A stretch of DNA of 40,707 nucleotides from an uncultured Flavobacteriales bacterium. Its GTDB lineage: Bacteria > Bacteroidota > Bacteroidia > Flavobacteriales_D > JABDKJ01. Under the pieces are notes generated by a model. That model saw only the letters and a program-made list of their open reading frames with translations, was not told the origin of the DNA and ran no database searches. Position numbers and translations under genes: made by a program. Position 1 is the first letter of the stretch; each line of letters opens with the position of its first letter. Shown here one piece after another: positions 1 to 11,212 of the stretch. The stretch lies in contig CALFHF010000207.1 in NCBI GenBank assembly GCA_937875855.1, positions 1-40,707 on the forward strand, written 5' to 3'.

Positions 1-39
1 CCTAACTTTCTTCTTTTTCTTGCTACCAGCTTTGGCCAT
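1..39 (-). CDS. rpsK: 30S ribosomal protein S11, N-terminal fragment (runs off window edge)
   Basis: ATG at 39-37 gives MAKAGSKKKKKVR; lies directly downstream of rpsM as in the alpha operon. Confidence 0.88.
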   Translation of the reverse strand, partial: MAKAGSKKKKKVR

Positions 40-61
40 GATGCTTCGTTATTGCTGATTA

Positions 62-439
62 TTACTTAGTTGCCTTCTTCTTGTTCGCAACAGTCTTCCT
101 CTTACCCTTCCTTGTTCTGGAATTGTTCTTGGTATGCTGCCCTCTCAATGGAAGACCCGCACGGTGGCGAATCCCTCGGTAACAACCGATGTCCATCAGA
201 CGTTTAATGTTCGTCTGGATTTCAGAACGCAAAGCACCTTCTACGCGGTGTTCATCGTTCAATACCTTACGAATGTTCGCTAATTGATCGTCAGACCAAT
301 CTTGAACTTTCACTGCATAGTCCACACCGGCTTTATCCAATATGCTATGAGCAGTCGTGCGACCAATACCGAAGATGTAGGTTAATCCTATCTCTCCCCT
401 TTTATTTCTAGGTAGGTCTATTCCAGCTATACGTGCCAT
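62..439 (-). CDS. rpsM: 30S ribosomal protein S13
   Basis: [37 protein letters not shown]. Confidence 0.99.
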   Translation of the reverse strand: MARIAGIDLPRNKRGEIGLTYIFGIGRTTAHSILDKAGVDYAVKVQDWSDDQLANIRKVLNDEHRVEGALRSEIQTNIKRLMDIGCYRGIRHRAGLPLRGQHTKNNSRTRKGKRKTVANKKKATK

Positions 440-472
440 GTCTCTTTATTCAATATTGTTTAAGTCCTATTC

Positions 473-589
473 TCAGCCTTGACGCTGCTTGAACTTCGGG
501 TTCTTCTTGTTTATCACATAGAGCTTCCCTTTCCTTCGTACGATCTTGCATTCTGCTGATCGCTTCTTGATACTTGTCCTGATCTTCAT
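473..589 (-). CDS. rpmJ: 50S ribosomal protein L36, type B (zinc-independent); not in ORF track
   Basis: Manual translation [38 protein letters not shown] (38 aa) between infA and rpsM; only one Cys. Confidence 0.98.
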   Translation of the reverse strand: MKIRTSIKKRSAECKIVRRKGKLYVINKKNPKFKQRQG

Positions 590-601
590 GTCAGTCTAAT
601 T

Positions 602-820
602 TTACTTGTACCTGTAGGTTATCCTTCCTTTCGATAAATCATAAGGGGACATTTCCACTTTTACTTTATCTCCTGGCAGGATTCTTATATAGAACATTCT
701 CATCTTTCCTGAGATATGAGCAGTAATCGTATGGCCGTTCTCCAACTCAACGCGAAACATCGCATTGGAAAGGGCTTCACGGATTACTCCGTCTTGTTCT
801 ATTGAGGCTTGTTTTGCCAT
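602..820 (-). CDS. infA: Translation initiation factor IF-1
   Basis: [27 protein letters not shown]. Confidence 0.99.
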   Translation of the reverse strand: MAKQASIEQDGVIREALSNAMFRVELENGHTITAHISGKMRMFYIRILPGDKVKVEMSPYDLSKGRITYRYK

Positions 821-826
821 TTTTCT

Positions 827-1615
827 TTATACCTGTTCCTTCTTCTTGGACAAGACTTCTTCTATATATTCAAAGGTGGAGAGCATTTCTGCTTTTCCTT
901 TTCTAACCACGATATCATGCTCATAATGAGCTGATACTTTTCCATCCTTGGTGATGATTGTCCAACCATCATCCAACTGATTGATTTCTCTGGACACCAG
1001 ATTAATCATAGGTTCTATGGCTAAGGTCATCCCTTCTACCAATTTCGTTCCTCTTCCTCTTCTCCCATAGTTTGGTACTTCTGGTGCTTCATGTAGGCTT
1101 GTGCCTAATCCATGTCCTACCAATTCCCTTACCACTCCGTATCCATTCTTCTCCGCATGCTCTTGTATCGCGAATCCGATGTCTCCTACTCTGTTTCCTG
1201 AGATCGCTTGAGCTATTCCTAGCGTCAAACATTCTCTTGTCACTTTCAAGAGTTTCCTGATTTCTGAGGACACCTCACCTACTTCAAAGGTATAAGCGCT
1301 GTCTCCATAATAACCATTCATATACACTCCACAATCTACTGAGATAATATCTCCGCTTTCAAGTGCTTTGGAGGTTGGAATGCCGTGCACTACTTGTTCA
1401 TTAACTGAACAACATAGTGAATTAGGAAATCCATTGAATCCAAGAAAGGCCGGTTCAGCACCGTGATCTTTTATGAACTCTTCTGCCACCTTATCGAGCT
1501 CGAGCGCACTGACTCCTGGTTTTATCAGGGCAGCCACTTCCGCTAATGTCTTGCCAACAAGTAAAGAACTTTGTCTTAATATCTCTATCTCCTCTTCAGT
1601 CTTAGAACGAATCAT
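827..1615 (-). CDS. map: Type I methionine aminopeptidase
   Basis: SVNEQVVHGIP, GHGLG, HEAP, EPMIN, SAHYEH motifs. Confidence 0.98.
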   Translation of the reverse strand: MIRSKTEEEIEILRQSSLLVGKTLAEVAALIKPGVSALELDKVAEEFIKDHGAEPAFLGFNGFPNSLCCSVNEQVVHGIPTSKALESGDIISVDCGVYMNGYYGDSAYTFEVGEVSSEIRKLLKVTRECLTLGIAQAISGNRVGDIGFAIQEHAEKNGYGVVRELVGHGLGTSLHEAPEVPNYGRRGRGTKLVEGMTLAIEPMINLVSREINQLDDGWTIITKDGKVSAHYEHDIVVRKGKAEMLSTFEYIEEVLSKKKEQV

Positions 1616-1617
1616 GC

Positions 1618-2961
1618 TTATCCGGCCATTCCGAACGCAGATGAACCACGTCCTTTAATTTTACCTGACTTCATAAGTCCATCATAATGACGAGAAAGAA
1701 GATGACTTTCAATTTGTTGCAGCGTGTCCAACACTACTCCTACCATGATGAGAAGTGAAGTACCTCCGAAGAATAAAGCAAATCCTTGCTTCACTCCGAA
1801 CATAACTGCGAATGCGGGTAGAATAGCCACTAGTCCTAGGAACATTGCCCCTGGCAAAGTAATCCTTGACAAAAGGTTATCCAAAAATTCTGAGGTCTTT
1901 CGGCCTGGCTTTACTCCTGGGATGAATCCTCCATTTCTCTTAAGGTCATCAGCCATCTGGTTAGGATTGACGGTAATCGCTGTATAGAAGTACGTGAATA
2001 TCACGACCATCAGGAAGAAGATAAAGTTATACCAGAATCCATTGATGTTCACCAAGTTCTGCAGGAAAGCTCCTGGCTCTGCGTTTAAGGCTTGAGCAAT
2101 GTACAATGGCACGAACATAATCGCTTGAGCGAAAATGATTGGCATTACACCAGCAGCATTCACCTTCAATGGAATGTACTGTCTAACTCCTCCATATTGC
2201 TTATTCCCTACAACTCTCTTCGCGAACTGCACTGGTACTCTTCGAGTGGCCTGCACTAATGCGATGGTAGCTGCGATGACAAGCAAGAGGAATACAATTT
2301 CTACAAGCAACATAACTAATCCTCCTCCACCGATTCCGGTTTGAGAAATAACTTCTTGGATGAATGCTCCAGGTAAGCTAGCGATAATTCCAATCATGAT
2401 CAATAATGAGATACCGTTTCCGATACCACGATCCGTGATTCTTTCTCCCATCCACATTACGAATAGCGTTCCAGCTGATAGGATAATAATCGAAGTAATC
2501 CACCATCCTGTAGTTTCCATTGGCACTGCGCCTGGCACTGTAGTAACTGTTGCAGCTAGGTAACCTGGCGCTTGAAGTGATGTAATAGCCACTGTCAAAA
2601 AACGCGTAATCTGATTCAACCTCTTCTGACCGCTTTCTCCTTCTCTCTGCATCTTCTGAATGCTTGGAACTGCTATCCCCATCAATTGCATGATGATGGA
2701 TGCGGATATGTAAGGCATGATACCTAGTGCAAAAATGGATGCTCTACTGAAGGCTCCTCCTGTGAATAAGGCCAAAAGCCCTATGAGACCATCACCTGAA
2801 GATCCAGATGCCCCTGCTTCGAGTGCGGCCAAGTCTACACCTGGTAGTACAACGAATGAACCTATCCTATATATTAGGATAAAGCCTAGGGTAACGAGGA
2901 TTCTTGATCTAAGTTCCTCGATCTTCCAGATATTCTTCAGTGTATCGATGAAGTTCTTCAT
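1618..2961 (-). CDS. secY: Preprotein translocase subunit SecY
   Basis: SIFALGIMPYISASII, GIGNGISL, FIPGVKPG, GGTSLLI; multiple TM helices. Confidence 0.99.
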   Translation of the reverse strand: MKNFIDTLKNIWKIEELRSRILVTLGFILIYRIGSFVVLPGVDLAALEAGASGSSGDGLIGLLALFTGGAFSRASIFALGIMPYISASIIMQLMGIAVPSIQKMQREGESGQKRLNQITRFLTVAITSLQAPGYLAATVTTVPGAVPMETTGWWITSIIILSAGTLFVMWMGERITDRGIGNGISLLIMIGIIASLPGAFIQEVISQTGIGGGGLVMLLVEIVFLLLVIAATIALVQATRRVPVQFAKRVVGNKQYGGVRQYIPLKVNAAGVMPIIFAQAIMFVPLYIAQALNAEPGAFLQNLVNINGFWYNFIFFLMVVIFTYFYTAITVNPNQMADDLKRNGGFIPGVKPGRKTSEFLDNLLSRITLPGAMFLGLVAILPAFAVMFGVKQGFALFFGGTSLLIMVGVVLDTLQQIESHLLSRHYDGLMKSGKIKGRGSSAFGMAG

Positions 2962-2979
2962 AGTGTGTGTCTCTTAGCT

Positions 2980-3429
2980 TTAAGCAATCACAGTTGCGCT
3001 TCCTCCTTTGGCTTCAATTGCTTCTTTAGCAGAAGCAGAAAAAGAATGTGCTGTCACATTCACGGCAGTGTTCAATTCACCACGTCCAAGAATTTTTATC
3101 AAATCCTTCTTAGAGGCCAACCCCACAGCCACCAAGCTCTCAGGATTGAAATCCTTTACTTTTTGCTCTACCGCAAGTGCTTCGATCACATCTATATTGA
3201 TCGCTTTATACTCTACACGATTCCTGTTCTTGAAACCGAATTTTGGAATTCTTCTTTGAAGGGGCATTTGTCCACCTTCGAATCCTCTTTTAGTCTTGTA
3301 ACCTGAACGGGACTTCGCTCCTTTATGTCCGCGTGTGGAAGTTCCACCTCTACCGGATCCTTGTCCCCTTCCTACTCGCTTACGCTGCTTGGTCGAGCCT
3401 TCCGCAGGTCTTAGATTACTGAGTTCCAT
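2980..3429 (-). CDS. rplO: 50S ribosomal protein L15
   Basis: RVGRGQGSG, GFEGGQMPLQRRIPKFGF. Confidence 0.99.
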   Translation of the reverse strand: MELSNLRPAEGSTKQRKRVGRGQGSGRGGTSTRGHKGAKSRSGYKTKRGFEGGQMPLQRRIPKFGFKNRNRVEYKAINIDVIEALAVEQKVKDFNPESLVAVGLASKKDLIKILGRGELNTAVNVTAHSFSASAKEAIEAKGGSATVIA

Positions 3430-3451
3430 GTTTATCTATCTTCTAAAATTC

Positions 3452-3631
3452 TTATTTCTCCGTTACAGTCACAAGGTGCTTCACCTTGTTCACCATTCCT
3501 AGGATCTGAGGTGTTGCCTCATGCTCCTTTGGGTTATGGAGTTTCTTTATTCCAAGGGCTACCAAAGTAGCTTTCTGGTCTTTAGGCCTATTGATGGCGC
3601 TCTTAACTTGTGTGACGTATATCTTAGCCAT
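3452..3631 (-). CDS. rpmD: 50S ribosomal protein L30 (start moved to ATG 3631)
   Basis: MAKIYVTQVKSAINRPKDQKATLVALG...GMVNKVKHLV; the upstream ORF extension overlaps rpsE. Confidence 0.97.
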   Translation of the reverse strand: MAKIYVTQVKSAINRPKDQKATLVALGIKKLHNPKEHEATPQILGMVNKVKHLVTVTEK

Positions 3632-3641
3632 GATCTCTTTA

Positions 3642-4157
3642 TTATCCTCTGAATACCTTCTGAACATCGATTCCTCTGTCCTTGGCAACCATACGGGCAT
3701 CTCTGAGTTTCATCAACGCATCCATAGTTGCTTTCACCACGTTATGTGGATTTGAGGAACCTTTAGACTTAGCCAATACATCATGAATACCTACACTCTC
3801 AAGGACGGCACGCATAGCACCACCAGCTATAACGCCTGTTCCGCTGGAAGCAGGCTTGATGAATACACGTGCACCAGAGTACTTACCATATTGCTCATGA
3901 GGAATAGTTCCGTTAATCACGGGAATCTTAACGATGTTCTTCTTAGCATCATCAATAGCTTTCTGGATTGCTCCAGGAACTTCCAATGATTTTCCAAGGC
4001 CATGTCCTACGATTCCATTCTCATTTCCTACCACTGCGATAGCTGAGAAGCTGAACGTACGTCCACCTTTGGTCACCTTAGTGACACGGTTTACAGCAAC
4101 GAGTCTGTCTTTCAGCTCGATGTCGCCCGCTTTCATTTTGTTATTGTCTTTCGCCAT
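3642..4157 (-). CDS. rpsE: 30S ribosomal protein S5 (start moved to ATG 4157)
   Basis: [24 protein letters not shown]; the ORF extension overlaps rplR. Confidence 0.98.
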   Translation of the reverse strand: MAKDNNKMKAGDIELKDRLVAVNRVTKVTKGGRTFSFSAIAVVGNENGIVGHGLGKSLEVPGAIQKAIDDAKKNIVKIPVINGTIPHEQYGKYSGARVFIKPASSGTGVIAGGAMRAVLESVGIHDVLAKSKGSSNPHNVVKATMDALMKLRDARMVAKDRGIDVQKVFRG

Positions 4158-4161
4158 TTTC

Positions 4162-4515
4162 TTAGAATTGCAATCCGCCTTCTCTTGCACCTTCAGCTAG
4201 AGCTTTCACTCTACCGTGATACAGGTATCCATTTCTATCGAATACCACTGACTGGATTCCTTTGTCTTTTGCCACCTGGGCAATACTTTTTCCAACTGCA
4301 GTTGCCTGCTCTATCTTAGCACCTGTCTTCGCGTCTTTGTTGTTCAAGCTAGTCACTGACCCTAGGGTCACGCTGCTCAAATCATCAATCAGCTGGGCGT
4401 AGATTTCTTTATTACTTCTGAAGACCGCGAGTCTTGGCCGCGCTGGAGTTCCGATTACAGATTTTCTTGATCTGCTCTTAATCCTAATTCTTCGTTGTTG
4501 CTTAGTAAGTCTCAT
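4162..4515 (-). CDS. rplR: 50S ribosomal protein L18
   Basis: [40 protein letters not shown]. Confidence 0.99.
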   Translation of the reverse strand: MRLTKQQRRIRIKSRSRKSVIGTPARPRLAVFRSNKEIYAQLIDDLSSVTLGSVTSLNNKDAKTGAKIEQATAVGKSIAQVAKDKGIQSVVFDRNGYLYHGRVKALAEGAREGGLQF

Positions 4516-4523
4516 TATCCTAC

Positions 4524-5075
4524 TTATTTAGAAGATGTCTTACCTGCTTTCCTTCTCAACTGCTCACCTACGAACTTGATACCTTTTCCTTTGTATGGTT
4601 CAGGCTTTCTCAAGCTTCTAAGTTTCGCTGCTGCTTGTCCAAGCAATTGCTTGTCACAGGACTGCATGGTCACTATCGGGTTTTTTCCTTTTTCAGTCTC
4701 TGCGGCTATGCTGATTTCCTTGGGAAGCTCCATTATGAAAGGGTGAGAGTATCCTAGGCTCAACGTCAATTGCTGACCAGATACTTGTGCTCTATAACCA
4801 ACACCGACCAGCTCTTGCTGTACTTTGTACCCATCAGTCACACCTTCAATCATATTGAAAATGAGTGAACGGTATAGGCCATGAAAAGCTTTAACTTGCT
4901 TTTCTTCTGAATTCCTAACCAAGGTTAGAACACCATCTTCCACTTTGGCAGTGATTGATGAATCCATAAGTTGGCTTAACTCGCCTTTAGGACCTTTCAC
5001 ATGAACCGTATTTCCATCCAGCTTCACCTCCACTTTGGCAGGTATCTGTACTGGTGCTTTTCCTATTCGTGACAT
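4524..5075 (-). CDS. rplF: 50S ribosomal protein L6
   Basis: [20 protein letters not shown]. Confidence 0.99.
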   Translation of the reverse strand: MSRIGKAPVQIPAKVEVKLDGNTVHVKGPKGELSQLMDSSITAKVEDGVLTLVRNSEEKQVKAFHGLYRSLIFNMIEGVTDGYKVQQELVGVGYRAQVSGQQLTLSLGYSHPFIMELPKEISIAAETEKGKNPIVTMQSCDKQLLGQAAAKLRSLRKPEPYKGKGIKFVGEQLRRKAGKTSSK

Positions 5076-5100
5076 CTCTTCTCTAATTTATTGTCTACGC

Positions 5101-5499
5101 TTAATACACGTAGCAGATCACTTCACCACCCACGTTTTCTACTTTGGCTTCTTTATCGCTCATCACCCCTTTACTTGTAGAGAGGATACAGATTCCAAGT
5201 CCATTAAGAACTCTAGGAATCTCAGTGCTTCCAGAATACCTGCGTAGACCTGGAGTACTTGCGCGCTTTAAAGAAGTGATGGCTGACTTGTTAGTCACCG
5301 CATCATACTTCAAGGCAATCTTGATGCTTCCTTGAACTTTGTCCTCAACGAATTTGTAGTTCAAGATGTAGCCTTTTTCTAAAAGTATCTTGGTGATTTC
5401 CTTCTTTATGTTAGAAGCTGGAATCTCCACTACTCTTTTATTGGCTTTTATTGCATTCCTGACTCTGGTCAGGTAATCTGCTATTGGATCGGTATTCAT
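5101..5499 (-). CDS. rpsH: 30S ribosomal protein S8
   Basis: DPIADYLTRVRNA, STPGLRRY, GGEVICYVY. Confidence 0.99.
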   Translation of the reverse strand: MNTDPIADYLTRVRNAIKANKRVVEIPASNIKKEITKILLEKGYILNYKFVEDKVQGSIKIALKYDAVTNKSAITSLKRASTPGLRRYSGSTEIPRVLNGLGICILSTSKGVMSDKEAKVENVGGEVICYVY

Positions 5500-5527
5500 T
5501 ACGAATCTTATCGCTTAATATAAATTC

Positions 5528-5797
5528 TTACCAGCTGGCTTTCTTAACACCTGGTATCTTTCCTTCTAAGGCCATATCACGGAACAATACACGGGAAATC
5601 CCGAACTGTCTCATGTATCCTCTTGGTCTTCCAGTTAGCTTGCACCTATTGTGCAATCTAACTGCTGCAGAGTTAGCTGGTAGCTTTTGAAGGCCTACCC
5701 AATCTCCCTCTTCTTTGAGTTTTTTACGTTTGGCAGCATAACGTGCTACCATCTTTTCTCTCTTACGCTCTCGCGCTTTCATTGATTCTTTAGCCAT
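5528..5797 (-). CDS. rpsN: 30S ribosomal protein S14 (89-aa, zinc-independent form)
   Basis: [33 protein letters not shown]; no CxxC pairs. Confidence 0.99.
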   Translation of the reverse strand: MAKESMKARERKREKMVARYAAKRKKLKEEGDWVGLQKLPANSAAVRLHNRCKLTGRPRGYMRQFGISRVLFRDMALEGKIPGVKKASW

Positions 5798-5801
5798 CCT
5801 A

Positions 5802-6350
5802 CTATTTCTTTACGAATGGGAATTTGAACTGATTTAGAAGAGCTTTCGCTTCTTCATCTGTCTTCGCAGATGTCACGATGGTAATATCCATACCATTGAT
5901 GTTCTTCAACTTATCGATGTCGATTTCTGGGAAAACGATCTGTTCCTTGATTCCCAAGGTGAAATTTCCTCTGCCATCGAATCCGCTTGCTTTCACGCCA
6001 CGGAAATCTCTAGTTCTAGGAAGTGCGATAGAAATCAATCTATCAAAGAAGTCATACATGTTATCTCCACGTAAGGTGAGCTTGGCTCCGATTGGCATCC
6101 CCTTCCTCAATTTGAAGTTAGAGATATCTTTCTTGGAGAAACAAGCCACAGCTTTTTGACCTGTGATAGCACTTAATTCTTCAATTGCTGTATCGACCAT
6201 CTTCTTGTCAGATACTGCCTTTCCTAATCCTTGATTAATGCTAATCTTTTGTATTTTAGGAACTTGCATGACGGACTTGTACTTGAACTCTTTCATTAGA
6301 GCTGGTACGATTTCGTCTCTATACGTATGTTTTAATCTTGGCTGATACAT
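5802..6350 (-). CDS. rplE: 50S ribosomal protein L5
   Basis: [26 protein letters not shown]; ATG at 6350 overlaps the rplX TGA (GTG at 6353 is an alternative). Confidence 0.98.
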   Translation of the reverse strand: MYQPRLKHTYRDEIVPALMKEFKYKSVMQVPKIQKISINQGLGKAVSDKKMVDTAIEELSAITGQKAVACFSKKDISNFKLRKGMPIGAKLTLRGDNMYDFFDRLISIALPRTRDFRGVKASGFDGRGNFTLGIKEQIVFPEIDIDKLKNINGMDITIVTSAKTDEEAKALLNQFKFPFVKK

Positions 6351-6673
6351 CACTTGACCTCTTGACCTGATTTCTTATAAAACTTGACATATTTCCCATC
6401 AGCACCTAGCTTCTTGCCCACTTTAGAAGGAACTCCTCCTTTAGGGTCAATAAGCATAAGGTTTGACATATGGATTCCTGCCTCTTGCTTGACGATACCA
6501 CCTTCAGGATGCGTAGCATTAGGCTTGGTATGCTTGGATACCAAGTTCTTGCCCTCCACGATGGCTCTCATCTTCTTCTGGTCGATTTCCAAAACCTGTC
6601 CCTCATCGCCCTTATGGACTCCGGATATGATTCTGACATTATCGCCTTTCTTTATGTGCATTTTCTTTTGCAT
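6350..6673 (-). CDS. rplX: 50S ribosomal protein L24
   Basis: [16 protein letters not shown] motif, [14 protein letters not shown]; ATG 6673 (GTG 6676 alternative). Confidence 0.98.
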   Translation of the reverse strand: MQKKMHIKKGDNVRIISGVHKGDEGQVLEIDQKKMRAIVEGKNLVSKHTKPNATHPEGGIVKQEAGIHMSNLMLIDPKGGVPSKVGKKLGADGKYVKFYKKSGQEVK

Positions 6674-6686
6674 CACTTCTTTCTTA

Positions 6687-7055
6687 TCAAAGCACTTCTG
6701 GTGCCAATGAGACTATCTTCATAAAGTCCTTCTCACGAAGTTCTCTTGCTACAGGTCCGAAAATCCTGGTTCCTCTAAGTTCACCTGTAGCGCTCAATAG
6801 CACTACTGCGTTCTCATCGAATCGGATGTAAGAACCATCTGCTCTTCTGATCTCTTTCTTAGTCCTAACGACTACCGCCTTAGACACGGTTCCTTTCTTC
6901 ACATTACCTGAAGGGACCGCTTCCTTCACGGAAACCACTATTTTATCTCCTATAGAGGCATACCGTCTGGCAGTTCCTCCAAGCACTCTGATACAAAGGA
7001 CTTCTTTTGCCCCGCTGTTATCAGCTACTTTTAATCGTGATTCTTGTTGTATCAT
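6687..7055 (-). CDS. rplN: 50S ribosomal protein L14
   Basis: [36 protein letters not shown]. Confidence 0.99.
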   Translation of the reverse strand: MIQQESRLKVADNSGAKEVLCIRVLGGTARRYASIGDKIVVSVKEAVPSGNVKKGTVSKAVVVRTKKEIRRADGSYIRFDENAVVLLSATGELRGTRIFGPVARELREKDFMKIVSLAPEVL

Positions 7056-7086
7056 CTCTATTCGTGCAAATTACCCGTGATAAATA

Positions 7087-7350
7087 TCACTTCGCCTTTT
7101 CAATGACTTCTACCAATCTCCATCTCTTGCTTTTGCTCAATGGACGCGTTTCCATGATACGCACTGTATCTCCGATTCCGCATTCCTGCTTCTCGTCATG
7201 CGCCATGAACTTGGTAGTAGACTTTACGTATTTACCGTACTTAGGGTGCTTCGTCTTATAAGAGACAGCAACTACAATGGTCTTTACCATCTTGTCACTA
7301 GTCACTACACCAGTCCTTTCTTTTCTCAGATTCCTAGTTTCAGTTTCCAT
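7087..7350 (-). CDS. rpsQ: 30S ribosomal protein S17 (start moved to ATG 7350)
   Basis: [33 protein letters not shown]; the extension overlaps rpmC. Confidence 0.98.
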   Translation of the reverse strand: METETRNLRKERTGVVTSDKMVKTIVVAVSYKTKHPKYGKYVKSTTKFMAHDEKQECGIGDTVRIMETRPLSKSKRWRLVEVIEKAK

Positions 7351-7351
7351 C

Positions 7352-7558
7352 TTACTTCGTGTTTGAAGTTTCAAGTTCACGCTTCCTCAATTCAGTGAGC
7401 ATGCGTGCAATATTCTTACGTGAGGCGCCTAATGACTTAGGGTTCTCTAGTGGAGATATGCTATGATTCAATTTCATCTTAGCTAATGTCTCTCTTTCAA
7501 AAGACAGCTTCTCCTTAATCTCGTCCGAAGACAAATCTTTTATCTCGTTATAATTCAT
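7352..7558 (-). CDS. rpmC: 50S ribosomal protein L29
   Basis: LENP...[11 protein letters not shown]; position between rplP and rpsQ. Confidence 0.97.
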   Translation of the reverse strand: MNYNEIKDLSSDEIKEKLSFERETLAKMKLNHSISPLENPKSLGASRKNIARMLTELRKRELETSNTK

Positions 7559-7570
7559 GGCTCAATTCAA

Positions 7571-7990
7571 TCAAGCAATATAATCTCTTCTTACTACAAA
7601 CTTCGTTCTCACAGGTAGCTTTTGAGCTGCCAATCGAAGTGCCTCTTTTGCAACTTCAATGGAGACTCCATCAGCCTCGAACATCACCCTTCCAGGCTTG
7701 ATTACAGCAACCCAGTGGCTAGGTGCTCCTTTTCCTTTTCCCATGCGCACTTCAGCAGGCTTAGATGTCAATGGCTTATCAGGGAAAATCCTAATCCACA
7801 CTTTTCCCTCTCTCTTCATGAACCTGGTCACCGCGATACGAGCTGCCTCGATTTGACGAGAAGTGATGAATCCTTCATCCATGGACTTCAATCCAAAGGA
7901 TCCGAAATCAACTGAAGAACCTCTTTTCGCGTTCCCCTTGATTACTCCTTTTTGCTGCCTTCTGAACTTTGTTCTTTTCGGTTGTAGCAT
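7571..7990 (-). CDS. rplP: 50S ribosomal protein L16
   Basis: [26 protein letters not shown]. Confidence 0.99.
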   Translation of the reverse strand: MLQPKRTKFRRQQKGVIKGNAKRGSSVDFGSFGLKSMDEGFITSRQIEAARIAVTRFMKREGKVWIRIFPDKPLTSKPAEVRMGKGKGAPSHWVAVIKPGRVMFEADGVSIEVAKEALRLAAQKLPVRTKFVVRRDYIA

Positions 7991-8022
7991 GATTTCTTAA
8001 TTTCTTCTTTTCAGTATTGGGT

Positions 8023-8742
8023 TCAGCGTCTATCGTCTCCTCTTCTTCTTCCACCTTTTCCTCCTGGGCCGGGCTTAGACTTCTTGTCCATTCCTAGTGT
8101 AGGAGAAAGGTCACGCTTACCGAAGACTTCACCATTCATAATCCACACCTTAATCCCGATACGTCCGTAAGTCGTATGCGCTTCACTCAATGCGTAATCT
8201 ATATCAGCACGGAAGGTGTGCAATGGAATCCTTCCCTCTTTGAATCCTTCATTACGAGCGATCTCTGCACCATTCAATCTTCCTGAGATTAAAACTTTAA
8301 TTCCTTCGGCTCCCATTCTCATAGTGCTTGCTACTGACATCTTGATAGCCCTCCTATAAGAGATACGACCTTCAATCTGACGTGCAACGCTGTCTGCCAC
8401 TAATTTGGCATCAAGCTCAGGTCTCTTAATCTCAAAGATGTTAATCTGAACATCTTTCTTAGTCACTTTCTTCAACTCCTCTTTCAGCTTGTCAACTTCC
8501 TGACCACCTTTACCGATGATCACTCCAGGACGTGCTGTTTTGATAGTCACTGTAACGACCTTTAAGGTGCGTTCAATAATTACCTTAGAGATGCTTGCCT
8601 TGCGCAAACGAGCTCCTAAGTAAGTACGGATTTTATGGTCCTCAACCAACTTATCTGAGTAGTCATTACCACCGAACCAGCTGCTGTCCCATCCTTTGAT
8701 GTAACCTAGTCTGAGTCCTATAGGATGTGCTTTCTGTCCCAT
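8023..8742 (-). CDS. rpsC: 30S ribosomal protein S3
   Basis: [25 protein letters not shown] domain, [14 protein letters not shown]. Confidence 0.99.
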   Translation of the reverse strand: MGQKAHPIGLRLGYIKGWDSSWFGGNDYSDKLVEDHKIRTYLGARLRKASISKVIIERTLKVVTVTIKTARPGVIIGKGGQEVDKLKEELKKVTKKDVQINIFEIKRPELDAKLVADSVARQIEGRISYRRAIKMSVASTMRMGAEGIKVLISGRLNGAEIARNEGFKEGRIPLHTFRADIDYALSEAHTTYGRIGIKVWIMNGEVFGKRDLSPTLGMDKKSKPGPGGKGGRRRGDDRR

Positions 8743-8744
8743 AT

Positions 8745-9152
8745 TTATTCGCTCTTTGCTTTTCTACTGTCGACCACCAATGTTACGTGGTTCGAACGTT
8801 TTCTTATCCGATGTGCTCTTCCTTGTGGAGCCGGTTGGACACGTTTCAGCATCCTACCTCCATCTACATTAACTGTTTTCACAAATAGATTCGCTTCTTC
8901 AGCTCTCTGACCTTCATTCTTCTGTTCCCAGTTATTAATTGCTGAGGCAAGTAGTTTTTCTAGTCTACTTGAAGCCTCTTTATTAGAGAACTTCAAGATA
9001 TTGAGTGCGTCCTGCACATTCTTTCCGCGGATGATGTCAGCAACTAACCTCATCTTACGAGGAGATGTAGGGCAGTTATTCAACTTGGCGAAGGAGATGT
9101 GTTTCTGCTCTTCTTTTCGCGCTTCAGCGCTGTCGTGTTTCCGAGAACCCAT
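8745..9152 (-). CDS. rplV: 50S ribosomal protein L22
   Basis: [31 protein letters not shown]; Bacteroidota-type N-terminal extension MGSRK. Confidence 0.99.
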   Translation of the reverse strand: MGSRKHDSAEARKEEQKHISFAKLNNCPTSPRKMRLVADIIRGKNVQDALNILKFSNKEASSRLEKLLASAINNWEQKNEGQRAEEANLFVKTVNVDGGRMLKRVQPAPQGRAHRIRKRSNHVTLVVDSRKAKSE

Positions 9153-9173
9153 GATACTTGATTTTCTTTCGGA

Positions 9174-9443
9174 TTACTTCCTTTTGTTTCCTGAGTGACC
9201 TCTGAAGCTCCTGGTAGGCGAGAATTCACCGAGCTTGTGCCCGACCATATTCTCTGTTACATACACAGGGATAAACGTCTTTCCATTATGCACCGCGATG
9301 GTCATTCCTACAAAATCAGGAGTGATGGTAGATGCTCTGGACCAAGTCTTGATCACAGATTTCTTTCCGCTTGCATGTGCTTCACCTACTCGTTGATCGA
9401 GTTTATAATGCACAAATGGTGGTTTTTTTAATGAACGGCTCAT
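9174..9443 (-). CDS. rpsS: 30S ribosomal protein S19
   Basis: [28 protein letters not shown]. Confidence 0.99.
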   Translation of the reverse strand: MSRSLKKPPFVHYKLDQRVGEAHASGKKSVIKTWSRASTITPDFVGMTIAVHNGKTFIPVYVTENMVGHKLGEFSPTRSFRGHSGNKRK

Positions 9444-9451
9444 AGCTCTGC

Positions 9452-10276
9452 TTACTTCTTACGTCTTTCTATAATATGCTTGTTAGAGGCCTTCGTCTTG
9501 CTACGGGTCTTGTAACCCTTAGCCGGTATCCCCTTTCTAGAACGTGGGTGTCCTCCAGAAGACTTTCCTTCTCCACCACCCATCGGGTGATCGACTGGGT
9601 TCATCACAACTGGTCTCACGCGTGGTCTTACTCCTAACCATCTGCTACGTCCTGCCTTTCCTGATCTGGTCAAACTGTGTTCTCCATTGGAAACGCTTCC
9701 GATGGTTGCTTTACAGGTAACCATTACCATGCGAGTCTCACCGCTTGGCAATTTCACGATGGCATACTTGCCATCACGAGCATTCAGTTGAGCATAACTC
9801 CCTGCGCTACGAGCCATCTGTGCCCCTTGTCCAGGTTGTAATTCGATGTTATGAATTACTGATCCCAATGGAATTTCTGACAGGAACAAGCAGTTTCCAA
9901 CTTCTGGAGTTACTCCTTTTCCTGCATCTAATTTCGTTCCAACATTCAATCCGGCAGGAGCAACGATATATCGCTTCTCACCATCCTTGTATTGAAGCAA
10001 GGCGATACGTGCAGTGCGATTAGGATCGTACTCAATAGTCATCACTTCGGCCTGCATGTTATGCTTGTCCCTTTTGAAGTCGATGATTCTGTATCTCCTC
10101 TTATGACCACCACCTATGTAGCGCATGGTCATCTTTCCAGTGTTATTCCTACCACCAGACTTCTTCAAAGGTGCCAATAGGCTCTTCTCAGGCTTACTAG
10201 CTGTGATCTCCTCGAAGGTGGAGGCAACTTTATGCCTCTGTCCTGGTGTGGTCGGATTTAATTTTCTTACTCCCAT
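9452..10276 (-). CDS. rplB: 50S ribosomal protein L2
   Basis: [26 protein letters not shown]. Confidence 0.99.
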   Translation of the reverse strand: MGVRKLNPTTPGQRHKVASTFEEITASKPEKSLLAPLKKSGGRNNTGKMTMRYIGGGHKRRYRIIDFKRDKHNMQAEVMTIEYDPNRTARIALLQYKDGEKRYIVAPAGLNVGTKLDAGKGVTPEVGNCLFLSEIPLGSVIHNIELQPGQGAQMARSAGSYAQLNARDGKYAIVKLPSGETRMVMVTCKATIGSVSNGEHSLTRSGKAGRSRWLGVRPRVRPVVMNPVDHPMGGGEGKSSGGHPRSRKGIPAKGYKTRSKTKASNKHIIERRKK

Positions 10277-10282
10277 GATCTA

Positions 10283-10576
10283 TCAGATTCCTGCGTAAAA
10301 ATCAATGGTATCACCTTTTGCTACTGTCACCAGAGCTTTCTTAAACGAAGGCTTACTACCTTTAACTACTCCTGAAGTGGTATGCTTTACCGACTTCTTA
10401 CCCATGTAATTCATGGTACGAACTCCAGTTACGCTTACCCCATAGATTTTCTCTATAGCTTCACGAATCTCGATTTTGTTCGCATTCTTATCCACGATAA
10501 AGCCATACTTGTTCAGCTTCTCGGCATCAGCAGTCAACCTTTCGGTGACCATAGGTTTGATGATGATCTCTTTCAT
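10283..10576 (-). CDS. rplW: 50S ribosomal protein L23
   Basis: IIKPMVTE, ANKIEIREAIE, FKKALVT. Confidence 0.98.
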   Translation of the reverse strand: MKEIIIKPMVTERLTADAEKLNKYGFIVDKNANKIEIREAIEKIYGVSVTGVRTMNYMGKKSVKHTTSGVVKGSKPSFKKALVTVAKGDTIDFYAGI

Positions 10577-10581
10577 GACTA

Positions 10582-11211
10582 TCAGTTCTTCAGGTTCTCT
10601 TGAACTGCCTCTATAGCTCCTGCTGTGAAGAGGATACGTTGGCTGTTCATGATATCATATGTGTTCAAGTCTTTAGCGACTCTCACTTGAGTCTTGGCTA
10701 GGTTCCTAGAAGAGAGGTATAGGTTCTCATCAAGGGTTGGCACCACTACCAATACTTTCTTTCCAGACAATTCGAAGTTCTTCAACAGATTGATGAAGTC
10801 CTTTGTCTTAGGGGCACTGAAGTTAAGGCTGTCCAGGATGGTAATCCCATTGTCCTTTGCTTTATAGCTCAGAGCAGATTTACGTGCTACTTTCTTCAGT
10901 TTCTTGTTCAACTTGAAGCTCCAATCTTTTGGACGAGGTCCGAATACTCTACCTCCACCATGTAGCAATGGACTCTTGGCACTTCCTACACGGGCTCCAC
11001 CTGTTCCTTTCTGCTTCTTCAGCTTCTTTGTGGATCCAGCTATCTCAGCTCTCTCCTTTGATTTGTGCGTTCCTTGACGATTGTTAGCGTGGTATTGCTT
11101 CACATCTAAGTAAATGGCATGGTCATTAGGCTCCATACCGAAGACTTCTGCATCAAGCTTGACCTTCTTTGAGGTCTTCTTGCCATCCATATTGAATATC
11201 TCTAGTTCCAT
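10582..11211 (-). CDS. rplD: 50S ribosomal protein L4
   Basis: RQGTHKSKER, QKGTGGAR, GGRVFGPRP. Confidence 0.99.
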   Translation of the reverse strand: MELEIFNMDGKKTSKKVKLDAEVFGMEPNDHAIYLDVKQYHANNRQGTHKSKERAEIAGSTKKLKKQKGTGGARVGSAKSPLLHGGGRVFGPRPKDWSFKLNKKLKKVARKSALSYKAKDNGITILDSLNFSAPKTKDFINLLKNFELSGKKVLVVVPTLDENLYLSSRNLAKTQVRVAKDLNTYDIMNSQRILFTAGAIEAVQENLKN

Positions 11212-11212
11212 C

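Noticed and set aside
3632-7380. N-terminal extensions of rpmD, rpsE and rpsQ in the ORF track
   Set aside because: They overlap the upstream genes; downstream ATGs give normal lengths
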